Origin: Balamuthia mandrillaris
Lineage: Eukaryota
Assembly (NCBI GenBank): GCA_031835245.2
Contig: JAVKOQ020000005.1
Span: forward strand, 492,044 to 512,043
Direction of reading: 5' to 3'
DNA length: 20,000 nucleotides
The notes below the pieces were generated by a model. It saw only the letters and a program-made list of their open reading frames with translations, did not search any database and was not told where the DNA came from. The position numbers and the translations under genes were made by a program. This document shows, piece after piece, positions 1 to 9,492 of this stretch; positions within the stretch are counted from its first letter, which is position 1, and the number at the start of each line of letters is the position of its first letter.

Positions 1-2
1 AG

Positions 3-1146
3 AACAAACTACTAGCACGATTAGCGTCCTCCCAAAACAAACCGAACGGACAGACTGTGCTTCTTCCATGCAATGAATATTTGTTGCTGGAGAACGTACC
101 GATCCGAAGCCTTCCACAACTTTCCCGCCGTCTCGGTGGTCAGAAGAACTTGGACCAGCTGTTGAGTGCTGTCAAGAACCTGCAAGAACAAGAACAGGAG
201 GGACAATCTGGAGGGAGCGATCAACAACAGCAACGAACCGGGCCACCAATAGCCTCCTTGCAACGGTTCAGTCAAGAAGAACTTGCCTCGTTTGCAGGCA
301 CAGAAGAAAGAAGGATTGAGTGGCTGTTACAAGCGTGTAGAGGACAGGACAACGAAGCGGTCCGAGAAAAAGGTCCACCCAAGTCTATCCTATCCAGCAT
401 GACTTTGACGCCTCTGGAAGGGGTGCCTCAACTCCGCAAAGTGGTACGTTACATTGCATCAGAGATGAGCCACCGTCTCCTGGAAGATGAACAACAACAT
501 GGCAGAGAAGCGCAATACATCACTTTTGGTTATCGCCTCGTTGATGAGAAGGAAAAGTCTCAGAGCATACCTCTTTCCAAAGTTGCAGCCAAAGAGAAGG
601 CCTTAGTAAAGCAACTACAACAAGAAGGAAAGAACGTGGACGAAGAAGCACAGCGAGCTGATGCTTTGACCTCCCTCGCCCTTGATTCTTTTCTTTCCTC
701 AAACCAAGACAAGAGGTTCGATTTCTCTCTCGTGTTCGTATTCATTTCACTTCTTCTACTTTTCTGATTACATCAATTGCAAAAGGTGGAGAGTGCGTTG
801 GATTGGCTTCACTGCCACAAAGTTTATGAAGCACCGCCAATCTATTGCTTCCTTCTTTGCTTCTTCTCCAACGAAAGAAAGTAAAGGCTTTGCCGTACAA
901 CCAACAACAGAAGAAAAGAAATCGGGCGAGGAACAAAAAGAAGAACGCCCAAACGAAGTAAATCCTTCGTCACCAAGTTTTCAGTCCGCTAAGAGCCCAA
1001 AGAGGAAGCAGCCAAGCAAAGCCACTTCTGCTCGAGACCGAGCCAACAAGTCACCACAGAAGAAAGGCAGAGGGGGTGCGTGCGATAAGCAACAACCAAC
1101 TTTGTTGAACTTCTTTGCCCGCAATCAAGCGAAAGAACAAAAGTAA
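3..1146 (+). CDS. POLH: Y-family translesion DNA polymerase, eta-like, 5'-partial (exons <3-715, 786-1146)
   Basis: The frame is open from base 3 and reads NKLLARLASSQNKPNGQTVL, the Y-family NKxLAKLAxxxxKPN motif. ACRGQDNEAVREKGPPKSILSS and SEMSHRLLEDEQQHGREA resemble the pol eta little finger. The GT..AG intron 716-785 joins ORF 57..767 to ORF 682..1146 in frame (DKR|WRVRWIGFTATKF). C-terminal PIP box QPTLLNFF at 1093-1116. Confidence 0.8.
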
Positions 1147-1193
1147 GAATACACTTTCAACTCTCAGCGTCTGCTATCAACCACTTTTTTCTT

Positions 1194-3079
1194 TCACGCA
1201 ATGTCGTTGCTGGAAAAGATGAGAGCCATTTTTAACAAAGCATACGCTGCGTTGCTAACTTGTGGTTGGAAGGGATGTGCATCCTCTCTCTTTTCGAAAC
1301 CAGAAGCGAAGCCCTTTACCATTGTATCGCTATAATATCAAACAAAACATGAAATAAATATAACACCAAAACCAATTGACGTGCTGAATGAACTCTCCTT
1401 CTCAATACGCACCGCAAAGCCCATTTTATGACTAGATAATTGGATTCAAGTTCCGCTATGCCTGTCATTCCGCTATTCAATGCTTGGTCTCCTGCTAAGG
1501 CCATCTTCAGCGCTTTGTCCTCCATCACCATCCATTCACCAAATGTTGTTTCTCCTTTCGTAAATGTACAGCGGGTGTAAGCCATGTCAAAGTCCAGTGG
1601 GGCTAGAAACCGTCCTGCTTCATTGCTCTTCTCCTACGCAGCCAAGAGACACGGTGTGGTGAGAGAAGCAGAGACTGAGAAGAGAGAGAAGCAAGAAGCG
1701 AGAACAGAGCACAGAACGAGAGATGAGGAGATGGGCGCGTACATGGGGGAGCAAAACAAGATTATTAGGATGGCTGTTGCAATGGGTGCCGAGGCTGTCA
1801 ACATAAGTGCCCCAACTAATGTCGTTATCTCGTAGAACACGTTGTATCTGTCCTGCTTCTCTTCCAACGCGCCAGAACAGGTAGGCTAGCAGTGACATTG
1901 ATTCCGCACTCGTTGAAGATGAGTTGAGTTCGTTCAAGTGAGCAACTAGCTGCGTGCTGGCGTCCTTCCATGTCTCCAAGAAGAGAGTGGACACACCAGC
2001 ACTGACAATGAATTGCTCCAAAGTGTCTTCAAGTATGTCCGCCCGTTCAATGGGCAGCAGCACACAATCCACCAGTTCTTCATCCGGGCCATCCATTAAA
2101 ACGTGCATCCAGGTCTCCATCACTCCTCCGGTAACGTCTTCTTGCAGACGAGAAGGAGGAAAGAGAGCCAACAGAGTAGGACCAACTTTCTCTGGGGCCA
2201 CAAGCAGAGGCAGCAGTCGCTCGAGGCCCACCAGCACATGGTCACCCAGTCGCTTCTCTCCCAAACATTCGTAGATAGCGCAAGTTCGCTTTACGCTTGC
2301 AAACGGTTCCTCTGGCAGAGAGTACTCCCACCAACCTTTTCGGTTTGTTTGTCTTATTGTGTTAACGTTAATAAGCAAGATGCAAGGAGCAAGGAGCAAA
2401 CCAACCAAAAGGAGTATTGGCCACAGGGATACCCAACGGCCGCAACAGCTCTTCAATGTGGGCCGACATAAACAGCTCCCGACTGCTAGTGTGCGCGAAC
2501 ATGCAACCCCGTATCTCAACGAAGGTGGAGACGGTGTCTTTATCCTTCTCAAGCCTTTCCCGAAGCTCCTTCGGCAGGTCTGAGGTTTTCATCGTTCGCA
2601 ACGGAAATCCGCCGTAAAGATCTCCACAGCCTTTCAGCCTGAACCACCGGTTCTCCACTTTTATCAGGGCGGATCGCCGCCCGCTTTGTATCCCTTCTAT
2701 GCTTCCGCCTTCCTCCTTCAGGAGTGGGCGACAAAAGAAGGCCTCTACCGCGTCCTTTCAAGGTTGCTTTGATCAATAATACCCCTTATAACGCCACAGA
2801 GCAGCAACTTCAGTCGTTGAAAGGCGAGCGTACCTCCTCGTTCAGCGGCTCGGACAGCTTGAGACAAGGGGCAAACGCCGGGATGTCAGGCAGCACAAGG
2901 TCTCTCCCATCCTCCTTCTTGCAAACAAATGCGGCGGCCTCGTTCGAGGCGTGACCGCCTTCTGGCAACTCGAACGAGCGGTTGTGTTGGTAACGAAAAG
3001 CGGAGCCATCCACTCGGCCGAAGCGAACCGGCACAGAGCCAAAGTACAACAGGTCTTGCTTCTCCTCCTCCTCCGCCAT
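1194..3079 (-). CDS. Divergent SelO/YdiU-like kinase-fold protein, ~514 aa (exons 3079-2834, 2754-2406, 2335-1743, 1633-1413, 1329-1194)
   Basis: Four GT..AG introns (79, 70, 109, 83 nt) join the ORF fragments into one uninterrupted 1545-nt frame ending in TGA. Motifs: QSGRRSALIKVENRWFRLKGCG, EIRGCMFAHTSSRELFMSAHIEELLRPLGIPVAN, HCNSHPNNLVL and LAPLDFDMA. The gene model is solid; the family assignment is by motif resemblance. Confidence 0.7.
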
Positions 3080-3177
3080 TTTTCTGCCCTCCTCTGGGGT
3101 ATTGTTATTTGCTCTGTATTAAGTTTTTATTAAGCAGCTTAATAAAAACCGACAAAAAGAAAAGCAAAGCAAAAACG
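3080..3177. promoter_or_regulatory. Probable bidirectional promoter between divergent genes
   Basis: Only 98 bp, with an AT-rich core, separate the head-to-head ATGs at 3079 (-) and 3178 (+). Confidence 0.5.
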
Positions 3178-4633
3178 ATGGAAGAAAAAGTGGAACACAA
3201 TCCAGATCTGTTGTTGCTGCAAGGAGAGAGCTTTGGTGACAGTACGCTCAAGTTTGGGGAGGGGGAGTACGATCTGGCCACTTCTCTCTACGATGACGGC
3301 AGGCGGTTCGTGATAGGCGGCTTTTACGAACTGTCTCGCAACGTAGAGAAAGGCCTGGACCTGCTCTTCCAAGCCGCAGAGTTGGGCTGCGAAGGAGCAA
3401 AATGGGACTTGCAGTGCCTCATTTCCTCTGAACAAGTTGGGGCAACAGAACGAAAAGAAGGAGAACCGGTTCCAGTCATCGACTGGAACCAAGCGCTTCA
3501 GATTTATCGTCGGTTAGCTTTGCTTGCAGCTGCGTCAAGGAGGGCGAAGTATGAAAAGCTTGTTACTAACATCACCCTCGTTTGCACAGAGAAGCAAAGA
3601 AGGACAATCCCTTGGCTGTTGTCAACATTGGGGTATGTTATGATAAGGGCTACGGTGTTCCTTGTGACCGAAGGTTCGTAGCCTTTTTCCTGTTGTTTGG
3701 ACTTTGAGACCCACAGCCGCCTTACACGGTCCAAACGGCAGCGTGGCCTTCAAGTTCTTTCGAAAGGCCGCCCGTTTGGGCAGCTGTAAGGGCATATACA
3801 ACCTGGGAGCCTACTACGACAGGGGACTGGGCACTACCAGTGCCCCAGCCTTAGGCCTTCTTTGTTTCCAGGAAGCTGCACGGCGCAACTATCCAGCAGC
3901 CATCTTCTACATGGGCGTGTGCTACACGTTTGGTAAGGGGGTGGCCCACGATCAAGCCAAAGGTCAGCAGCTCTATCTCAAGGCGGCGGAGATGGGTATG
4001 CCAGTTGCTATGCGTTACGTTGCTGATTGCTTCTTCCACAAGCGGGACCAGACGCAGAACGCGCTCTTTCAGGCCCTACGGTTCTACATTAAAGGTAGCA
4101 CAGAGGGTGACATCGACTGCTGGAAGGGTTTAAGCCGTTGTATTGTTGTTGGACTTAAAAACGGGGCCATCTCAGAGAAAAGGCCAAAGCAGCGAAGAGA
4201 AAGTGAAAGCCATGACAAGGCTGAAGAGATAGACACAGGAGATCAAGGGCGGACAGCTGGAATGTGGATAACGGAAGAGGAATTACCGCAGCCTCCTGCC
4301 TTGGCAGAAGCTGGATATGTTGTTGGAGAGTACTCTGTACCTTGCCTGTATGACGTTTGTTGCCTACACTTTTACCTGCGATATCGTAGAGATGCACGAG
4401 CAAGAGAGAGGATGCAGCAACAACTTCCAGAAGATGTAAATGATAGACTTCGTCTTGGTGTCCTTCAGTGTGCGAATCCTTACTGTTGTAATGTCTTCTT
4501 TGGCAAAGGAAGGGTACAACGGACCTTCATTCGCTCTGTAAGCTCAGAAGAAGAAGAAGAAGAAGAAGTAGAAGAAGATGCAGTTCTTCGGTTTTGTAGC
4601 ACAAACTGCTTTCAGGCATTGTTAAATACATAA
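3178..4633 (+). CDS. SEL1-repeat protein with C-terminal BC-box-like and Cys-rich domain (exons 3178-3512, 3590-3673, 3742-4633)
   Basis: Introns 3513-3589 (with CTAAC branch point) and 3674-3741 restore the frame. SEL1 repeats: AVVNIGVCYDKGYGVPCD, GIYNLGAYYDRGLGT, AIFYMGVCYTFGKGVAHDQAKGQQLYLKAAEMG. Tail: VPCLYDVC..LPEDV..CANPYCCNVFFG..FCSTNC. Confidence 0.85.
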
Positions 4634-4655
4634 AGTGGAAAAACTTTCGTTTTTA

Positions 4656-5439
4656 TTACTGCCTATCTGTAGCACAAGCATTCGTGCACTTTTGGAAGCA
4701 TTGGTCCATGCACTTCCCGTCCAACAGATCCTGGTGGGGGGCAGTGGAAGGACAGGCATACATTGAGGTCCACTGCAGATAATATGTAGTTAGCTTTCCA
4801 TCATTTGTCTGTTCTGGGTTACCAACAGCAAGCCTGCCTGGAACCACTGACTCGTCACAAATGAACTCGATGCTGCTTTGTCTATTGTCTCCATTTGTGA
4901 AGAAAAGTTTGAAGCCTTTGTCACCTTCTGGATTTGAGTCCCTTGCAGACCAAGTTACTGATTCGTTCTCGCCAAGGGCCCAGTAATTGTTGTTGCTGTC
5001 CTGTTGACAAACGGCTGGGTGTGGGTAGTTCCCGGTCTCAGTACACCTTTGTAATGGTTTGGGTTTGTTACAAAAATGTGTAAGAAGAGAACGATGAAGA
5101 GAAGAGAACGATGAAGAGAAGAGAAGAGAACGACGAAGAGAAGAGAACGACGAAGAGAAGAGAAGAGAAGAGAACGACGAAGAGAAGAGAACGACGAAGA
5201 GAAGATGAAGAGAGAACAGAACAAAAAGAAAGGACGTACTTTTGTTGTGTTACCACTCCACAAAGCATGTAATAGTAGAAGCCATGTTGGCCTTGCACAC
5301 TGACTTCAGTTCCTTGTAATGCAGAAATGTCATAATAATATTGTCCCAATCTCCCTTCGCATGAGCTCTCACCAAAGACAAGACCAGCACTGATTGTAAT
5401 GGATAACACAACAAGCACAACAAACAATCGGAGTGGCAT
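4656..5439 (-). CDS. Secreted mannose-6-phosphate receptor homology (MRH)-domain protein, ~196 aa (exons 5439-5240, 5046-4656)
   Basis: Signal peptide MPLRLFVVLVVLSITISAGLVFG. MRH pattern YYYDISAL..YYYMLCG..PAVCQ..ALG..GFKLFFTNG..RQSSIEFICD..YYLQWTSMYACP. Intron 5239-5047 (GTACGT..AAAG) restores the frame. Confidence 0.75.
5085..5215. repeat. Intronic minisatellite (GAAGA/GAACGA-based, ~17-22 bp units)
   Basis: Repeated agaacga(c/t)gaagagaag units lengthen the MRH-gene intron to 193 nt. Confidence 0.85.
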
Positions 5440-5539
5440 GTGGAATAAACTTGCAGCCCTTTCTTCTTTCCTACTTTTTTGTTTTATAAAAAAAACAAAT
5501 GAAAATAATGCTATTTTATTAATAATTAAGTAAAATACG

Positions 5540-5542
<3 letters not shown>

Positions 5543-5612
<70 letters not shown>
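5543..5612. repeat. (AG)n microsatellite
   Basis: Near-perfect AG dinucleotide run, visible directly. Confidence 0.95.
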
Positions 5613-5613
<1 letters not shown>

Positions 5614-5699
5614 ACTGAGAGGTGATAATAACCACAAAAACACCAGGGAGTACTCCGTCAACTTTTGCAGAGAGATACCAGCGATTACCAGTGAAGAAC

Positions 5700-6464
5700 A
5701 AAATGGTTGAGCCGTGGTTCCCTATCCGCCGCAACCAACGAAAAGCAAAGGGGGGGTAAACCATTATTTCCTCCTCGTGGGTATCCTGACACAGGCGCCT
5801 CGGAAAGCAAGGTCGTTCAGCCCTACTGGTCAAGTCAACTGAAGCGCCTTTCGAAGCTCTTTCCAGACCTGCCTATCACCTTGGTGGATGCTTACAACAA
5901 GGTGTCTTTCGGCAGGCGCAAGCCAGACGTTGTGGGCTACTTGAAGGACAAACCAACAAAAGAGCAAGAGCATATTTTACATCACATTGCTGGGCGATGT
6001 CAAAGCAAGGCGTACAAAGACAAAGGAAGACTTTGACGATTCTGAGAAGGGTCATCTACACTCCTTCCTCGAAGAGCTCCTGTTTGAATACCAGCCCTAC
6101 CGTAGTGTGGTGAATGGGACACGGATGGCTATCTAATTCAGTTCTTCAGCTACAGAAGCTCCCAACCACAGCTAAGTGGACCGAGAGCCCCATCCTTTAT
6201 CTACACAGCGATGGTGGCCAGTGGCTACTAGGACTGCTTCAGAGCAACAAAGCTGCACATGGTTTACCAGAAGACATCGTCATTGATGAAGAGCCAGTCA
6301 TCATGAATGAGCTTCAAGCAGCCCGCCGATGCCTGTACAGCGGCCAGTACAAAGGTATTTCCCTGAGTTTGACAACAACAAACAACAATAACTGGGTGAA
6401 ACAGTGGTTGTTAAAAGGTTCACCTCGGCAGACGACATTTGTCGATGGAATGAAATGCAAATGA
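5700..6464 (+). pseudogene. Frameshifted Crinkler/CR-effector-like restriction-endonuclease-fold gene with a degenerate start of a kinase domain
   Basis: Motifs recovered across frame changes: RKPDVVGY (~5917-5940), LLGDVKARR..FDDSEKGHLHSFLEELLFEYQPYRSVVNG (from ~5987), TDGYLIQFF (6121-6147), then GGQWLLGLL..LYSGQYKG. At least three frameshifts. Confidence 0.55.
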
Positions 6465-7382
6465 CGCAGGAATAACAGAGCCAATACATAGTCTTTGATA
6501 ATCATCACTTTTTTGTTTTTGTTTTCAACTTATATTATTCCATAAAACTCAGTTATCATGAAAAGAAAAGGAGATAACATTGAACATTTGGCTGAAATCC
6601 CGCATGCTGATATGGACCCACAGGGTTCCCTCTGCAGTGTGCTCTGTCGGTTTGTCGGAGAAGGAAAAGTACCAACACACCTTTTGACCACTAAACCTAC
6701 CAACGCAAGTACTATTTCTGGTGGCAGTTGCCTTGAAATCTTTGATACCGATGTTGCCGACCAGACCATTGTACACAAGGCCGTAAGGGATGAACTTGAG
6801 GTCAAATTCGGTGTCGACGGGGCCGAGGGTAGAGTGACATTGAAGAAGTGAGGTGGAGTTTTCGAAGGCGCAGGGCTTTTTCGAAGAAAGACTAAAAGCA
6901 GAAGATGGTGGGATACAAGAAAGAAAAATCAGGATAGAAACAAAAACTAGCACGATTGCTACTTTAATAAGTAAGATTCCGAGTTTTTTTCCATATATTT
7001 GTGTTCGAAATAGGCAAAACAACGTGCATCTGTTAATGAATTCCTGGTGCGCAATAAAGCGTTCATTGGATGAAGCTTGGTAATAATAAGTAAGTCATTG
7101 ATGAAACCTTTCGGGGAAGACTTTTGCGCATCTTTTCCACGTGTGAATGATGGCGAAAGTAGCACAGGAAGCTGCGAGAGCATGAGGGGCGAGAGACGCT
7201 CCTTTGTTTCTTTCCCTGTTTCGAGACTGATGCCGCCCAGACACAAGCCATAGAACCGGCAACTATCTACAACGACTTTCAGGTATACCTCTCCCTTCTC
7301 GTTCCTACTCTTCACTCTTCTTCTTTCTTCCTCTTGTTCATTTCTGTTAGCCTTTTTCTTTTTCTCCTGATGGAATATCGGA

Positions 7383-7745
7383 GTGGATGTTTGCATTGTA
7401 TCTTCAGCAAATCAAAGCTCGGCATCATTGGCTATGAAGAGTGATGATAAGACGATGGATGGAGAGGGCAACGTCCTCACACAAACTATGTTACACGAGC
7501 TAGAGATATGGAAAAAGAAACATAGCATGAATTTTCCTGTTCTATATGATGAGAATCATAAGGTGGCCTCTCGTCTTGGTCTGTGGAAAGGGATGCTTGT
7601 TTTTGGGTACGGTACTCATTTGTATATGGTTAATCTCCTTGTTGCTTCTCTCATTTTTTAATGAAGATTTCACCCTAAATATATTATATTTCTTTTTCAA
7701 ACAAGATGGCGACTTTACGATTGCTCACGCGTATGGAGTACGCAA
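7383..7745 (+). pseudogene. Possible peroxiredoxin/redoxin (AhpC/TSA-like) fragment
   Basis: WKKKHSMNFPVLYDENHKVASRLGLWK and DGDFTIAHAYGV resemble the redoxin FPLLSDxxxxVAxAYGV segment. No catalytic Cys motif or complete gene could be built. Confidence 0.3.
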
Positions 7746-7801
7746 AGCTTTGGTATCTTTTGGAGAAAAAACTTTTGGCAACCAAAAGAAAACGTTCCTA
7801 C

Positions 7802-8396
7802 CAAAATCTGTTGTTTAAGTTACATGAGACTAGAGAAGGGAAATGGATATACCATGCAGAACGTAGAGGTTACCAGCAACTTTAATGCGCAACGCGTTGG
7901 TAAGGAGCAGGTTTCTGGTTGCCAAGTCGTGATGAGTGATACCTTCCGAGTGCAAATGGTGCATCCCACCTAATTTAGGAATCGTATCCGTCAGCGTCTT
8001 AAGAAGTAAGGTAGTACAGAAGAGAAAAGGCACGAACTTGCAATGTTGATTGCCCACTTCAGCATTGTTTGGGGTTCTATACTATCTTTGTGCTTTGTTA
8101 AGTAACTATTGAGATCGCCTTGCTCCATGAACTCAGTCACAATGCAAAATGGTCTCTGTTCCTTGTTTGTTGGGAATCATGAACGAGGAACAGTCGTATG
8201 ACGTTTCTGTGTGGTTGAAAAAATCCATAAAAAAAATGGTCAATGTATTGAAAGTGCACTGAGCAGAAAAGATACGAACTCAAGAGTTTGAGCTTCTAAT
8301 TGAAAATCTCTAAGCTGGGATTCATCCATTGTGTGAAGTTTCTTGATGGCAACCTCTGAGAGTCTCCACATGCCTTTCCACACTTCCCCAAAAGCC
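7802..8396 (-). pseudogene. Truncated tyrosine-kinase-like (TKL) protein kinase fragment, subdomains I-VII
   Basis: Reads AFGEVWKGMWRLSEVAIKKL..FQLEAQTL, PHRNVIRLF, PFCIVTEFMEQGDL, WAINIAS|GMHHLHSEGITHHDLATRNLLL..IKVA|DFG with GT-AG introns. There is a frame break near 8165-8190, HRD is changed to HHD, and no downstream APE exon or upstream exon was found. Confidence 0.75.
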
Positions 8397-8667
8397 CTGG
8401 TCGAAAAGTGTTAGGACCAGCAATGCAAACCAACAATAGAGAAAAGCTTGCTATGTGGAGATAGGTTAGGGTTCTATGCTCGATTTTGACCTAAGAATCA
8501 GCATTTAAAATATAATAATAGTATCATCTTAAAGAGCAACTTAAGGGCTATGAGAAGATATATTATATGTTAGGTATTAATAAAGTGTTACAGAGTTAGA
8601 ATATTTTTGGTAGAATAAAGCAATAAAACTATATTATGCATAACTCTTTTTTTTGTTTGACTCTTAA

Positions 8668-9285
8668 GGTCTACTGGCCTTCTAGAAGGTGGTTGAAGGC
8701 CACCTGCTGAAGGTGATGAAGCCATCTGAGGCAGAGAATGCAAGGAAGTGACCAAAGGCTGCAAAAGTACAATTTCTGGTGGAATCTGAAGACAAATGTT
8801 GCTTTTCTGCTTTTCTGTTGAAGATGTTACTTTGGCACTTTTTTTGTCGACAATGTGGTGCCAGACTTTTAGAGGGTGGCTGAAGGCCACCTGCTGAAGG
8901 TGGCGAAGCTACCTGAGACAGAAACCATGAGGAAGTGGCTGAAGGTCACAAAAAAGCAATTTCCAGTGGAATCATAAGACAAATGTTGCTTTCTCACTTT
9001 TTCTGTTGAAGATGTGGGTCTATTAGGCTTCTAGAAGGTGGCTGAAGGCCACCTGTTGAAGGTGGCGAAGCTGCCTGAGGCAGAAATCGCAAGGAAGCAG
9101 CTAAAAGCCACAAAAGAGTAATGAGACAAATGTTGCTTTCCTGATTTTTCTGTTGAAGATATAAGTCTATTAGGCTTCTAAAGGGTAGCTGAAGGCCACC
9201 TGCTGAAGGCAGCAAAGCTACCTGAGGCAGAGAATGTGAGAAAGCCACAGAAGACTGAAAAAGTGTGATTTATGGTGGAATTGAT
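8668..9285. repeat. Four-copy degenerate tandem repeat (147-187 bp period), each unit carrying clustered GAA-loop palindromes
   Basis: The anchor GAAGGCCACCTG occurs at 8695, 8882, 9044 and 9191. AGACAAATGTTGCTTT and TTTTCTGTTGAAGAT are shared by the three complete units. Palindromes include GGTGGC(T)GAA(G)GCCACC and AGGTGGC-GAA-GCTACCT. Confidence 0.9.
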
Positions 9286-9492
9286 TTATTTGTTGTTTTG
9301 GCATTGATTGCCCAAGTATACCTTTATGTACCTCACAACAGTTGGTTTGGTTTTTAACCAACTAGTACTCAGAACCTACGGCATTCAACTCCCCATGGTC
9401 CATTCTATAAAACTCTAAGTCTATAAGTCTAACAGATAAAGTGGGTCAAAGTAGCAATTTTTTCAATTTTTGTATAGGAATGACTATATAAT

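Noticed and set aside
6549..7396. ORFs 6558..6851, 6549..7022, 6853..7083 and 6959..7396 as real genes
   Set aside because: No recognisable motif or consistent splice model. They may be further decayed fragments, but this cannot be supported.
8588..9248. Two similar minus-strand ORFs starting MAFSH
   Set aside because: The similarity comes from the tandem repeat; frames are not conserved across all units.
8668..9285. CRISPR-like appearance of recurring palindromic repeats
   Set aside because: The intervening sequences are homologous to each other rather than unique spacers, the period is 147-187 bp, no cas genes are present, and the context is eukaryotic.
8467..9460. MITE/hAT-like terminal inverted repeats (TAGGGTTCT vs AGAACCTA at 9371-9378; TTTGACC vs GGTCAAA near 9444)
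   Set aside because: The matches are only 7-8 bp, do not extend, and no target-site duplication is visible.
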